Part shown: positions 46,770-57,121 of the stretch, in pieces
Numbering within the stretch: the stretch's first letter is position 1
How the letters are laid out: each line of letters begins with the position of its first letter
Made by a program: the position numbers and the translations under genes
Assembly: GCA_902635645.1 (NCBI GenBank)
Contig: CACPON010000002.1
Coordinates: 32,626-96,625, forward strand
DNA from: an uncultured SAR86 cluster bacterium
GTDB taxonomy: Bacteria > Pseudomonadota > Gammaproteobacteria > Magnimaribacterales > D2472
DNA length: 64,000 bases
Direction: 5' to 3'
Notes under the pieces: model-generated
The model's input: the letters and a program-made list of their open reading frames with translations, nothing else
Databases searched by the model: none
What the model was told of the DNA's origin: nothing

Positions 46770-48950
46770 ATGTCTAATTTATTTACGGAGTATAAATTGA
46801 AAGGAACAGTCCACTATGAAATTGTTGATAGCGTTGCGCTTTTAACTGTAGATAACCCCCCTGTGAATCCTCTGAGTGAGGGTGTTAGAAATGGTCTTTT
46901 TGAAGGCATTGCTAAAGCAGAGGCTGATAATGATGTTGTTGGTGTAGTTGTTACAGGTAAAGGAAGAGCATTTATAGCTGGAGCAGATATTTCTGAATTT
47001 GGTGGAAATATGAGCGGACATAGCTTAAATGACGTATTTAAAAGCATGGAGTATTGTTCCAAGCCTTTGGTAGCTGCTATTAATGGTATAACTCTTGGTG
47101 GTGGACTTGAAACTGCGCTTTGTTGTAACTACAGAATAGCCTCTAAACAAGCATTTGTTGGTCTACCTGAGGTAAATTTAGGCCTTTTACCTGGTGGAGG
47201 TGGAACACAGAGACTTCCTAGGCTGGCTGGCCCTTCAGAAGCGCTTAAAATGATGCTTACAGGAGCACATATACCTGCCAAAAAAGCTTTAGATATGGGA
47301 ATTGTAGACTCACTGTCTGATAATGTTGTAGAAGATTCTATTCAATTTGCTAAAGAAAAGGCAAAAGAAGGCTCTAACCACCCTAAAGTTCGTGATCTTA
47401 ATGAAAAAATGATCGAAGCAAGAGGATCAGAAAATGTTTTAGTTGAGGCGCAAGCTTTGGCAGCTAAGGCAAGAAAGGGCCAATTTGCCCCTGGTCAAAT
47501 CATTAAATGTGTTGAGGCTGCTATAAATCTTGATGATTTTGATGAGGGCTTAAAAAAAGAAGGAGAGTTATTTGTTGAGTGCCTAATGCACCCGCAAAGA
47601 GAAGCAATGATTCATATATTCTTTGGAGAGCGAGCTGCATCAAAAATTTCAGATGTTCCTGCCGACACCCCTTCAATGGATATTAAAAAAGCTGGAATCA
47701 TTGGATCAGGAACTATGGGTGGAGGTATTGCTATGTGTTTTGCTAATGCAGGAATTCCAGTCCATATAATTGATCAAGACGAAGAAAATTTGAAAAGAGG
47801 TCTTTCTGTAATAGAAAAAAATTATGACTTTATGGTTGGCAAGGGCCGAATGACGCCCGAGCAAAAAGATATGGTTTTTGGACTAATATCATCAAGCCTT
47901 GAATATAAAGATTTACATGATGTCGATATTGCAATCGAGGCTGTATATGAAAATCTAGATTTAAAATTAGAAATCTTTAAAAATCTTGATGAGCATACTA
48001 ATGAAAATGCAATACTTGCAAGTAACACATCTGGATTAGATGTAGATGCAATAGCATCTGTAACTAAAAGGCCTGATAAGGTAGTAGGTACTCACTTCTT
48101 TAGTCCAGCTAATATCATGAGATTGTTAGAAGTAGTTCGTGGAGAACAGACATCTCACGAAACACTAGCTAGTGTAATGACAGTTAGTAAGAAGATAAAA
48201 AAAGCTGCGGTTGTATCTCTTAATGCACCAGGTTTTATTGGCAATAGGATGCTTTTTAATTACACAGCACAGGCTAATATGCTTCTTCTTGAGGGCGCCC
48301 TTCCCCATCAAATTGATCAAGCTATAGAATCATTTGGATTAAATATGGGCCCATTTAGAATGATGGATTTAGTTGGTCTTGATCTTGGCTGGAGAGCAAG
48401 AAAGCTTAGCGGTGTTGAATCGCCACTTCATGCAAAGATTGGAGATTATTTATGTGATAACGATAGATTTGGTCAAAAAAACGGCAAAGGTTATTACAAC
48501 TATAGTGAAGGCTCAAGAGCTCCTAACCCTGCTCCAGAAAACGAAGAAGTCTATGAGAAGATTTCTTCAGAGAATGGTTTTACAAGAAGAGAAATTTCAG
48601 ATGAAGAAATTACTGACAGGTGTATCTTAGCTCTTATTAATGAAGGAGCTGATATATTATCAGAGGGTGTAGCCCAGAGAGCAGCGGATATAGATGTTGT
48701 TTATATTAATGGTTATGGTTTTCCAATATGGAGAGGTGGGCCAATGCATCATGCCAATGCTATGGGCTTAGACGTAGTTGTTGATAAATTAAAGAAATAT
48801 CATGAAATTACTGGAAATGATGCATACAAACCTAGTGAATTACTAATAAAACTTGCACAAAGTGGAGAAAAGCTAAATGTTGCGCCTTCAGGGGACGATA
48901 GAAAAGAAAAACTTAATTTTGCTATGTCTTCAGTTGCAGGCAACTTTTAG
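46770..48950 (+). CDS. Fatty-acid oxidation multifunctional protein (enoyl-CoA hydratase / 3-hydroxyacyl-CoA dehydrogenase)
   Basis: 726 aa. Crotonase domain (VDNPPVNPL, FIAGADI), NAD-binding GIIGSGTMGGGIA, 3HCDH domains. The in-frame TTG at 46797, preceded by GGAG (46787-46790), is an alternative start. Confidence 0.9.
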   Translation: MSNLFTEYKLKGTVHYEIVDSVALLTVDNPPVNPLSEGVRNGLFEGIAKAEADNDVVGVVVTGKGRAFIAGADISEFGGNMSGHSLNDVFKSMEYCSKPLVAAINGITLGGGLETALCCNYRIASKQAFVGLPEVNLGLLPGGGGTQRLPRLAGPSEALKMMLTGAHIPAKKALDMGIVDSLSDNVVEDSIQFAKEKAKEGSNHPKVRDLNEKMIEARGSENVLVEAQALAAKARKGQFAPGQIIKCVEAAINLDDFDEGLKKEGELFVECLMHPQREAMIHIFFGERAASKISDVPADTPSMDIKKAGIIGSGTMGGGIAMCFANAGIPVHIIDQDEENLKRGLSVIEKNYDFMVGKGRMTPEQKDMVFGLISSSLEYKDLHDVDIAIEAVYENLDLKLEIFKNLDEHTNENAILASNTSGLDVDAIASVTKRPDKVVGTHFFSPANIMRLLEVVRGEQTSHETLASVMTVSKKIKKAAVVSLNAPGFIGNRMLFNYTAQANMLLLEGALPHQIDQAIESFGLNMGPFRMMDLVGLDLGWRARKLSGVESPLHAKIGDYLCDNDRFGQKNGKGYYNYSEGSRAPNPAPENEEVYEKISSENGFTRREISDEEITDRCILALINEGADILSEGVAQRAADIDVVYINGYGFPIWRGGPMHHANAMGLDVVVDKLKKYHEITGNDAYKPSELLIKLAQSGEKLNVAPSGDDRKEKLNFAMSSVAGNF

Positions 48951-48972
48951 TAGGTATGTACAATTTGGGGTG

Positions 48973-49512
48973 TTAGGCTCTAATTAGAACTTTTGTCCCA
49001 ATATTTACTAAATTAAATAATTCAATTACATCATAATTGAACATTCTAATGCAGCCATGTGATGCTTTTGTGCCTATTAATCCCTCTTCATGGGTTCCGT
49101 GAATGTATATGTATCTTCGAAAAGAGTCTACATTTCCACCTTTGTTTAAACCATCCTCTTCGCCATCTAGCCACATTATTCTGGATGTAACATAATCATT
49201 ATCGGTATCTTCAAACTGATCAATTATAGTTGCAGATCTCTTAGTATTTATTCTTGAAGTAAATATAGTGTTTATCTCTGCTTCTTCACCAATCATCTCT
49301 TTAATAGAATGTTTCCCAAGCGGTGTTTTGAATGAATTTTCAATGCTACCCTCTCCATATTTAGATGTTGAGATTGGATAAGAAGCTTTGATTAGGCTGT
49401 TTTCTACCAAATATAGTCTCTGTTCAGATATATCAACTTCAATATGGGCACTTTCAGCATATGAAATTACTGAGAACAGCAATAATGTTAATATTTTTTT
49501 CTTTTTGAGCAT
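48973..49512 (-). CDS. L,D-transpeptidase (YkuD domain)
   Basis: 179 aa. Signal peptide. Catalytic HGTHEEGLIGTKASHGCIRM. Confidence 0.85.
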   Translation of the reverse strand: MLKKKKILTLLLFSVISYAESAHIEVDISEQRLYLVENSLIKASYPISTSKYGEGSIENSFKTPLGKHSIKEMIGEEAEINTIFTSRINTKRSATIIDQFEDTDNDYVTSRIMWLDGEEDGLNKGGNVDSFRRYIYIHGTHEEGLIGTKASHGCIRMFNYDVIELFNLVNIGTKVLIRA

Positions 49513-50954
49513 AAATCAATTATAAACGATGTTAAAACCATTATTAAAGCCAAAATAAATGGAATATAGTGTCCAAAAATATTATATAGGCTTCTTTTAT
49601 AAGTAAAATTAATACCAGAATTAATTACACCAGAGATATTTTTATCTAATTTATCAACAATTGTTCCATTATTAGTTATTATTGCTGAAATTCCATCATT
49701 TGTAGCTCTTATAATCCATTTATTATTTTCAATAGCTCTAATTCTTGTTATTGCTAGATGCTGATATGGGCCCATTGATTTCCCAAACCAAGTGTCATTG
49801 CTAACATTAATCATAAAATTAGAACTAATGTTGCTTTTTCTTACAGTATTTCCAAAAGCTACATCAAAACAAATCAGCGGTGAGAAGCTTACCCCATCTA
49901 TACTGTTAATTCGAATATTATTCTGATTACTGCTGCCATGAGATACATTTGACATGGGCATATCAAAAAAATCTATTAGACCTCTTAATGAGCTTGTGAA
50001 GGGTATATATTCACCAAATGGCACTAGATGTCTTTTATTATAGATTTCGTTAGTATTAACGTTGATTAATGAGTTAAAGAGAGTTTTATCGTAAATATTC
50101 CAAACACCCATAATTATTTCTTTATCTTTTTTATTAATTTTATTAATAAACCGACTAAAATCATTTGAATTTAAAGAATATGGAAGCTCTGCTTCAGGAA
50201 GCACAATCATTTGAGATTCTGCTGAGGTGTCTTTTATCAGATCAAGAATATTATTTTCAATATATGATTTATAACCAAGATTATATTTTTGAAATGGGTC
50301 GGAGGAGGGTTGGATTATTGAAACGTTAAGATCGAATTCAGTACTTTCGTTTTTTTCAATCATTGGAATAAATAATACCAAAGATCCAAAAAATATTTTA
50401 TATCTATGCTCCCATAAAATTGCTATTGAAGTAGCTATGAGATAAACAATGAAAGAGCCTCCTGTAACTCCAACAAGAGAGTAAATTGCATGAAGTGGCG
50501 TATCAAGAAAAACAGTTCCTGGAATTAACCACGGAACCCCATTTAATAAATAATATCTTGATAATTCAAACAAAACTAGAAGACTTGAAATAGAAAAAAT
50601 TTTTAAATGTTTAGACTTCGCCTTACCGCTAAATAATCTGTATTTTAATGCTATTAAAGGTAATCCAAAGCATAGTGTAAGGAATAAAGTTAATAGAATA
50701 AAAATAATAAGAGATATTAATATACTTGTTTCTCCATAATAGTAAACACTTACTATTAACCATGACATTCCAAAACCCCAATGACCAATTGTCCAAGATA
50801 TTAATTTCTTAAATGTATAGTTATTTTCATATAATATAGATCTTATTAAGTATGCATATGATACTAATATCAGTGGCTTGATGGAGAAGGGCGCAAAGGC
50901 AAAAATTCCAATAAGCCCAAACACGAATGCAGCGAAATATTGCTTGAGGGCCAT
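49488..50954 (-). CDS. lnt: Apolipoprotein N-acyltransferase
   Basis: 488 aa. Multi-TM N-terminus plus CN-hydrolase domain (LPEAE, PLICFD). Conserved corC-lnt order. Confidence 0.9.
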   Translation of the reverse strand: MALKQYFAAFVFGLIGIFAFAPFSIKPLILVSYAYLIRSILYENNYTFKKLISWTIGHWGFGMSWLIVSVYYYGETSILISLIIFILLTLFLTLCFGLPLIALKYRLFSGKAKSKHLKIFSISSLLVLFELSRYYLLNGVPWLIPGTVFLDTPLHAIYSLVGVTGGSFIVYLIATSIAILWEHRYKIFFGSLVLFIPMIEKNESTEFDLNVSIIQPSSDPFQKYNLGYKSYIENNILDLIKDTSAESQMIVLPEAELPYSLNSNDFSRFINKINKKDKEIIMGVWNIYDKTLFNSLINVNTNEIYNKRHLVPFGEYIPFTSSLRGLIDFFDMPMSNVSHGSSNQNNIRINSIDGVSFSPLICFDVAFGNTVRKSNISSNFMINVSNDTWFGKSMGPYQHLAITRIRAIENNKWIIRATNDGISAIITNNGTIVDKLDKNISGVINSGINFTYKRSLYNIFGHYIPFILALIMVLTSFIIDLCSKRKKY

Positions 50955-51808
50955 TAAGATTTTGTTATCTGAACTTTATCTATTTTTCTGTCATCAGCAT
51001 GGGTAACTTTGATGGATAGATTTTCAATTTTTACAACGTCACCTTTTTTAGGGAGCACCCCTAATTCGCTAATAATAAATCCACCCAATGTTTCTGCATC
51101 GATCTCTAGAGGATCTATATTTAGATTAAAAAACTCTGTGAAGTCTTCAATTTCAACCTTAGCATCTGCTGTATAGATATTTTGTGATATTTTAATTATT
51201 TCTTCTTCATCAATATCGTGTTCGTCTTCAATTTCACCCACTAACTCCTCAAGGATGTCCTCGATGGTAACTAGTCCCGATATAGTTCCATATTCATCAA
51301 TGACAACAGCAAGATGTGATCTATCTTTCTTGAACTCTTCAAGCAATGAATCAGCTTTTTTGGTTTCAGGGACTACATTTGCGTCTCGTAGCATTTCAGA
51401 CAGGCTAAATTCTTCAATTCCACCATAAATTTTATGCAACATGTCTTTTGCAAGCAAAATACCTTTTACTTCATCCCTTTCCTGCCCTAACACCGGATAT
51501 CTAGAATGACCAGACGCAATGATCTTTTCTATAATGGCGTTAATTTCTTCATCAATTCCAAATGTTACCATATCAACTTTAGGAACCATTATTTCTTTGA
51601 CTGTTGTATTACCAAGTCTTATAGCTTTGTTAGCAATGGATTCTGCTTCTTTATCAATGATATTAAGGTCAACAGCATCTTTTAGGAAGTCTGTGACCTC
51701 AGAAACAGATTGAGTCTTAATAAAAAATGGATTTCTAAAAAATTTTTTTATTTTTGATAAGAATCCCGAAGGAGGGTGACTGTCGTCGCTATCTAAATTT
51801 TGATTCAT
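50954..51808 (-). CDS. corC: CBS-pair/CorC_HlyC domain magnesium-cobalt efflux-associated protein
   Basis: 284 aa. Tandem CBS domains plus a C-terminal transporter-associated domain. ybeY-corC order. Confidence 0.85.
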   Translation of the reverse strand: MNQNLDSDDSHPPSGFLSKIKKFFRNPFFIKTQSVSEVTDFLKDAVDLNIIDKEAESIANKAIRLGNTTVKEIMVPKVDMVTFGIDEEINAIIEKIIASGHSRYPVLGQERDEVKGILLAKDMLHKIYGGIEEFSLSEMLRDANVVPETKKADSLLEEFKKDRSHLAVVIDEYGTISGLVTIEDILEELVGEIEDEHDIDEEEIIKISQNIYTADAKVEIEDFTEFFNLNIDPLEIDAETLGGFIISELGVLPKKGDVVKIENLSIKVTHADDRKIDKVQITKS

Positions 51809-52255
51809 TTAATATGGATTACTAATATTTATTTTTTTTAAAGTTTGTATTTCTTTGTTTTCCATGATCACAGCATTTTCATTATTTTCATGATCATATC
51901 CAAGTATATGATATACACCATGAGCCAACATGTGAATAATATGATCATCAAAAGTTTTTCCTTCTTTTTTAGCTTCCGCTTTCACATATTCAACACTAAT
52001 TGCAATATCGCCAATATTTTTTGTTTGTTTTACTGAAATATCGTCATTTGGAAAAGACAATACATTTGTGGTTTTATCTTTTTGACGAAATTGCATATTT
52101 AATTTTTTCATTTCCCTGTCATTCAATAAGCGGAGATTTATAACGCAATCAGACATTTTCTCTTGGTCAAGAATTGTGGACACAACCTTATTTAATTTAT
52201 TATTGAGGGGCTTTTCAATATCAATGCCCTCATCTAGAGAAATTATTAAGCTCAC
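51809..52255 (-). CDS. ybeY: rRNA maturation endoribonuclease YbeY
   Basis: 148 aa. Zinc motif HGVYHILGYDH. Confidence 0.9.
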   Translation of the reverse strand: MSLIISLDEGIDIEKPLNNKLNKVVSTILDQEKMSDCVINLRLLNDREMKKLNMQFRQKDKTTNVLSFPNDDISVKQTKNIGDIAISVEYVKAEAKKEGKTFDDHIIHMLAHGVYHILGYDHENNENAVIMENKEIQTLKKINISNPY

Positions 52256-53235
52256 TTATTTATATTTAATTCAAATTTTTTATATGCATCAATTATTTTT
52301 CTGACAAGAGGGTGTCTCACCACATCATTTGAAGAAAATCGAGTAATACCGATACCATCTGTTTCCTTCAAAACATTGATAACATGATCAAGGCCTGAAG
52401 TAATGTGTTTAGGTAAATCAATTTGAGTCAAGTCACCATTAATAACTGCTTGTGAACCAAAGCCTATTCTTGTTAGAACCATCTTCATTTGCTCAACCGT
52501 TGTATTTTGACTTTCATCCATGATGATAAAAGAATTGTTAAGTGTTCGTCCTCTCAGATAAGCAAGAGGAGCAACTTCTATTACTTCTTTTTCAATTAAC
52601 TTAGTTGTTTTTTCAATGCCTAACATCTCATATAACCCGTCATATAGAGGCCTTAGATAAGGGTCAACTTTTTGTGAAAGATCACCAGGTAAAAAACCAA
52701 GCTTCTCACCAGCTTCTACAGCTGGTCTAATTAATACTATGCGCTGAACTTTATCACTAAGAAGAGCCTCTACAGCCGCTGCTACAGCTATATAAGTTTT
52801 ACCAGTTCCAGCATCGCCAATGCCAAAATTAATCTCATATTTATTTATATTTTTTATATAGCTCTGCTGATTACCTCCTCTTGGCCTGACGATCTTTTTT
52901 GGTGTTCTTATTTGAATATCTGTATCAATAACCTCAGATGTTTTTGATAGGCTCAAGTTCAGATGTGATTGAATTGTTAAGTGGACGGCTTCTTTACTAA
53001 TTTCAATATTTTTCTTTGTTAGATTATATAAATCCAAAATTGCATCAGACGCGTGTTTAATATCTTTTTCGTTACCAGTTATTTTTACCTCATCGCCCTT
53101 ATGAAAAATTTTTACTGAAAAACTTTTTTCTATAAGCTTTAAATTACCATTAAGCTCTCCAACAAATAGGGCTATTCTTTCTGCATTAGATGGTTTTAAA
53201 GAGATGTTTCTTAAAGCGGTTTGAGTTTCTTGCAT
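52252..53235 (-). CDS. ybeZ: PhoH-like ATPase
   Basis: 327 aa. Walker A GDAGTGKTY. PhoH family core. Confidence 0.9.
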   Translation of the reverse strand: MQETQTALRNISLKPSNAERIALFVGELNGNLKLIEKSFSVKIFHKGDEVKITGNEKDIKHASDAILDLYNLTKKNIEISKEAVHLTIQSHLNLSLSKTSEVIDTDIQIRTPKKIVRPRGGNQQSYIKNINKYEINFGIGDAGTGKTYIAVAAAVEALLSDKVQRIVLIRPAVEAGEKLGFLPGDLSQKVDPYLRPLYDGLYEMLGIEKTTKLIEKEVIEVAPLAYLRGRTLNNSFIIMDESQNTTVEQMKMVLTRIGFGSQAVINGDLTQIDLPKHITSGLDHVINVLKETDGIGITRFSSNDVVRHPLVRKIIDAYKKFELNINK

Positions 53236-53241
53236 TAATTT

Positions 53242-54582
53242 TTAAATTTTACCTCTTGGATTATGCAAAGTGCCTAATAAAGAATAGGATAATGCCTCTG
53301 TAATCTCTATGTCTACTAGTTTTCCTATAAAACCTATATTTTCAAGATCAAAATTTACAACTCTATTACATTCTGTTCTTGCCTGGAGTTGATCAGATCT
53401 TTTTTTTGCAATGCCGGTTACAAGGCATCTTTGAATACTACCAACCATACTCTTGCTATGATTTCTATGAAAATGGTTCAGCCTATCTTGAAGTGTGTTA
53501 AGGCGTTCTTTTTTTTCCTCTAATGGGGTCATATCCTCTAGTTTAGAGGCAGGAGTTCCAGGTCTCTTGGAATAAATGAAACTAAAAGAAGAATCAAATT
53601 CTATCTCATTAACCAAATCCATGGTCTCCATAAAATCATCATGAGATTCACCAGGAAATCCTACAATAAAATCAGATGAAACCCTCAAATCTGGTCTGAA
53701 AGATTTAATTCTTTGAACTGCATCATGGAAAATATCTATTGTGTAATTTCTTTTCATCTTCTCTAGAATTTTATTTGATCCTGATTGCACCGGTAAGTGA
53801 AGTTGACTCACCAATTGTGGTATATATTGATATGCCTCAATTAAATCATCTGTCATATCTAATGGATGAGAAGTTGTATACCTAATTCTTTCGATACCAT
53901 CAATATGACTTGTTATCTCTATCAGGTCTGACAACCTTAAAATTCTATCCTTATATGGCATTTTGTATGAATTTACATTTTGTCCTAAAAATGTAATTTC
54001 ACTTACTCCTTGCTCAGCAAGGCGAGCAACCTCATCAAAAATTTGCTCAGGTTTTCTACTAACCTCATCACCTCTGGTGTAGGGAACAACGCAAAAAGAG
54101 CAATATTTTGAACAGCCCTCCATAATAGCAACATAGCTTGAGGGGCCACCTGTAGTTGGTTTTGGCAAAGAATCAAATTTTTCTTCTATTGGAAAAGTTA
54201 TATCAATTGCTTTGATGCCCTTGTTAGGGTCAACGTCCAGCAAATCAGAGACCCTATGAAGGGTTTGAGGGCCATATATAAGATCAACATATGGAGCACG
54301 TTTTTTTATATTGCTGCCTTCTTGAGTTGCAACACATCCACCAACACCTATTTTTAAGTTTGGATTTTTCTCTTTAAGTTTATTGAGCCTTCCAAGTTCT
54401 GAATAAACTTTTGATTCAGCCTTATCTCTTATAGAGCATGTGTTCAGTAGAATGATGTCTGCGTCTTTAACATCATTTGTTAGTTCTACTCCTTTTTTTT
54501 CTTTTAAAATATCTACGGTCTTGTCCGAATCGTATTCGTTCATTTGACAGCCATAGGTTTTAATATAAAGTTTCGTACCCAT
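53242..54582 (-). CDS. miaB: tRNA-2-methylthio-N6-dimethylallyladenosine synthase
   Basis: 446 aa. N-terminal UPF0004 cysteines (TYGCQMN), radical SAM CSKYCSFC, TRAM domain. Confidence 0.95.
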   Translation of the reverse strand: MGTKLYIKTYGCQMNEYDSDKTVDILKEKKGVELTNDVKDADIILLNTCSIRDKAESKVYSELGRLNKLKEKNPNLKIGVGGCVATQEGSNIKKRAPYVDLIYGPQTLHRVSDLLDVDPNKGIKAIDITFPIEEKFDSLPKPTTGGPSSYVAIMEGCSKYCSFCVVPYTRGDEVSRKPEQIFDEVARLAEQGVSEITFLGQNVNSYKMPYKDRILRLSDLIEITSHIDGIERIRYTTSHPLDMTDDLIEAYQYIPQLVSQLHLPVQSGSNKILEKMKRNYTIDIFHDAVQRIKSFRPDLRVSSDFIVGFPGESHDDFMETMDLVNEIEFDSSFSFIYSKRPGTPASKLEDMTPLEEKKERLNTLQDRLNHFHRNHSKSMVGSIQRCLVTGIAKKRSDQLQARTECNRVVNFDLENIGFIGKLVDIEITEALSYSLLGTLHNPRGKI

Positions 54583-54595
54583 ATAATTAAGTATT

Positions 54596-54922
54596 ATGAA
54601 ATCTAAAAGTGTTTACAAGATAATTTTCATGCAACTTGGTGAAGTATATGAAGTTTTTGCAAAACAAATTTTTCAAAGCGATATGTACGGTTTCATTGAG
54701 GTTGAGAATTATATATTCAATAAAGACAAACAACTAGTTGTAGACCCATCATCAGAAAAACTTAAAAATGAATTTTCAGATGTTCAAAGAAGTTATATTC
54801 CTATGAATGCAATTATAAGAATAGATGAAGTAAAAGAGACTGGAGAAGCAAAGATCAAGGAAAACAAAGGACAAGTAAGTCCGTTTCCATTAAACATTCA
54901 ACCTTTAAATAAAAAAGATTAA
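54596..54922 (+). CDS. DUF1820-like small conserved protein
   Basis: 108 aa. YKIIFMQLGEVYEVFAKQIFQSDMYGFIEVE resembles the DUF1820 family (from memory). Confidence 0.5.
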   Translation: MKSKSVYKIIFMQLGEVYEVFAKQIFQSDMYGFIEVENYIFNKDKQLVVDPSSEKLKNEFSDVQRSYIPMNAIIRIDEVKETGEAKIKENKGQVSPFPLNIQPLNKKD

Positions 54923-55474
54923 TTAGCCCTCTGGTAAAAAAAGATTTTTATAAAATTTCAATTCTGCAACAGACTCTTTAATATCTCCCATAGCTCTATG
55001 AGAACCCTCCTTCTCATATACTTGAGCCTCATTCATCCACCTAACTGCGGCTTCTTTAAAAGAAGATACATCTATATGCCTGTAATTAAAATAAGATTCT
55101 AATCTGGGCATATATTTAGCTAAAAATCTTCTATCGTGCGAAACTGTATTTCCGCACATGGGTGATTGATTTGGGCCAACGTATTTTGAAACAAAGTCTA
55201 ATGTCTCTATTTCAGCCATCTGTTCAGTAATAGAGCTTTTCTTTACAGCGTCTATCAAACCTGATGATCCATGTTGGTTCTGATTCCATTCGTCCATTTG
55301 ATCTAGCAAAGAGGTCTGTTGGGTTATTATCAAATTTGGTCCCTCAGCCAAAATATTAAGTTGAGAGTCTGTAATTAATGTAGCAATTTCTATAATTCTT
55401 TCTTTTTCAGGATCCAGACCGGTCATCTCTAGGTCAAGCCAGATTAAATTATCTTTTGATTGTGAGCTCTTCAT
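54923..55474 (-). CDS. orn: Oligoribonuclease
   Basis: 183 aa. DEDDh motifs WLDLEMTGLD, HDRRFL, H...D near the C-terminus. Divergent from rsgA, as in enterobacteria. Confidence 0.9.
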   Translation of the reverse strand: MKSSQSKDNLIWLDLEMTGLDPEKERIIEIATLITDSQLNILAEGPNLIITQQTSLLDQMDEWNQNQHGSSGLIDAVKKSSITEQMAEIETLDFVSKYVGPNQSPMCGNTVSHDRRFLAKYMPRLESYFNYRHIDVSSFKEAAVRWMNEAQVYEKEGSHRAMGDIKESVAELKFYKNLFLPEG

Positions 55475-55515
55475 AACTTTTTATATTTCTTCCTTTAGTG
55501 TATTTTGTGCTTATT

Positions 55516-56388
55516 ATGCAAAAAGTTCAAACTGGTTTAGTAATAGAATTTTACTCAAATAGCTGTTTGGTTCGTACAGACAAAAAAGACATCCCATGTA
55601 TCGGAATAAAAGACATTATTGTTGGTGATATCGTTAAAATTGAAATATTACAAGATAGCAAAGAGGTTAAAGGAGTAATTTTATCTAGAGAAAATAGGAA
55701 ATCGCTTTTGCAAAAAAAGGATGGAATAAAATACAAAAATATAGCTGCCAACCTTAGTCATGTTGGCATATTGGTAACACCAAAACCCAAAACTACTGCT
55801 GAATTTATTGATAAGTGGATATTAACTGCATTATTATCAGATATAGAGCCTTTTATTATTTGTAATAAATCAGATCTTAATCATGATGATGCTTATTTGA
55901 AGCAAATAAATCTATATAAAAGCCTTGATATTCAAACCTTTAGTATTTCTGCAAAAGAAAATACAAACATAGATCTCCTCCAAAACTATTTGAAACATAA
56001 ATGTGCTCTATTTGTTGGCAACTCTGGTGCAGGAAAATCAACTCTTACATCATTAATTACAGGCAAGGAGATCAAAACAAACATGCTCTCAAATAACCTA
56101 GGGGTGCATACAACATCTATCTCTACGCTATATCAGGTTAATGCAAGCACTCAAATTATTGATTCTCCAGGAGTTAGGGACCTCCCAATATCTGGATGGA
56201 AAACAAATCAAATTATTGCTGGTTTTAAAGAAATATATGCATCTTCAAAAGAATGTGAGTTTAATGACTGCAATCATATAAACAATAAAGGTTGTAATGT
56301 CATAAAAAAACTTAATGATGGTGAAATAAGTCAAAGTAGATACAATAATTTCATTAAGTTTAGAGATAACGTACTTAACGATGAATAA
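55516..56388 (+). CDS. rsgA: Ribosome small-subunit biogenesis GTPase RsgA
   Basis: Circularly permuted GTPase (NKSDL then GNSGAGKSTL), C-terminal zinc cluster CEFNDCNHINNKGC. ATG at 55516. Confidence 0.85.
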   Translation: MQKVQTGLVIEFYSNSCLVRTDKKDIPCIGIKDIIVGDIVKIEILQDSKEVKGVILSRENRKSLLQKKDGIKYKNIAANLSHVGILVTPKPKTTAEFIDKWILTALLSDIEPFIICNKSDLNHDDAYLKQINLYKSLDIQTFSISAKENTNIDLLQNYLKHKCALFVGNSGAGKSTLTSLITGKEIKTNMLSNNLGVHTTSISTLYQVNASTQIIDSPGVRDLPISGWKTNQIIAGFKEIYASSKECEFNDCNHINNKGCNVIKKLNDGEISQSRYNNFIKFRDNVLNDE

Positions 56389-57121
56389 AAAAACTCATTT
56401 TGGTTTCAAAGAGGTAGACGAAAAAGATAAAAGCTCTCATGTTGGAGGGGTTTTTTCTTCTGTTGCAGAAAACTATGACATCATGAATGATGCTATGTCA
56501 TTTGGCATGCACAGACTGTGGAAAATGATTCTAGTTGAGCTTGCCGCTATTTCAGATAAAGACAGTGTTCTAGATATAGCAAGTGGAACTGGGGATATTG
56601 CAAAACTAATTTCCAAAGACTTTCCCAATACTGAGATATACATGACAGATATCAACATGGAAATGCTCTCAGAGGGCAGAGATAGAGCAATTAATGAAAG
56701 CTTTTATGCTAATTGTCATTTCTGTCAACTCAGTGGAGAAGAAATTCCATTTGATGATGATGCTTTTGATGTAATCACAATTGGATTTGGTTTGAGAAAT
56801 TTTACAAATAAAGAAAAAGGCCTCAAAGAAATGAGAAGATGTCTTAAAAAAGATGGCAGGCTGCTTGTTCTAGAGTTTTCTAAACCTTTAAATCCTATTT
56901 TTTCTAAAATCTACGACTGGTATTCATTCAATGTTCTTCCCAAGCTTGGTTCTATGCTTGCAAATGACTCTGATAGCTATCAATACCTTGCAGAATCTAT
57001 TCGCATGCATCCTGATCAAGAAACATTAAAATCAATGATAATAGAAGCCGGATTCAGTAATTGTAAATTTTATAATCTCCTTAACGGCATTGTTTCGATA
57101 CATGTGGCATATGACGAATAA
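56381..57121 (+). CDS. ubiE: Ubiquinone/menaquinone C-methyltransferase
   Basis: 246 aa. YDIMNDAMSFGMHRLWK plus SAM motif LDIASGTGD. Confidence 0.9.
   Translation: MNKKTHFGFKEVDEKDKSSHVGGVFSSVAENYDIMNDAMSFGMHRLWKMILVELAAISDKDSVLDIASGTGDIAKLISKDFPNTEIYMTDINMEMLSEGRDRAINESFYANCHFCQLSGEEIPFDDDAFDVITIGFGLRNFTNKEKGLKEMRRCLKKDGRLLVLEFSKPLNPIFSKIYDWYSFNVLPKLGSMLANDSDSYQYLAESIRMHPDQETLKSMIIEAGFSNCKFYNLLNGIVSIHVAYDE

Noticed and set aside
49488-49512. 25-nt overlap of lnt and the downstream L,D-transpeptidase gene as a functional lipoprotein-attachment module
   Set aside because: The linkage is plausible, since Lnt matures lipoproteins and some YkuD enzymes attach Lpp to peptidoglycan. But overlaps are ubiquitous in this genome, and no Lpp-like gene is visible here to support a dedicated system.
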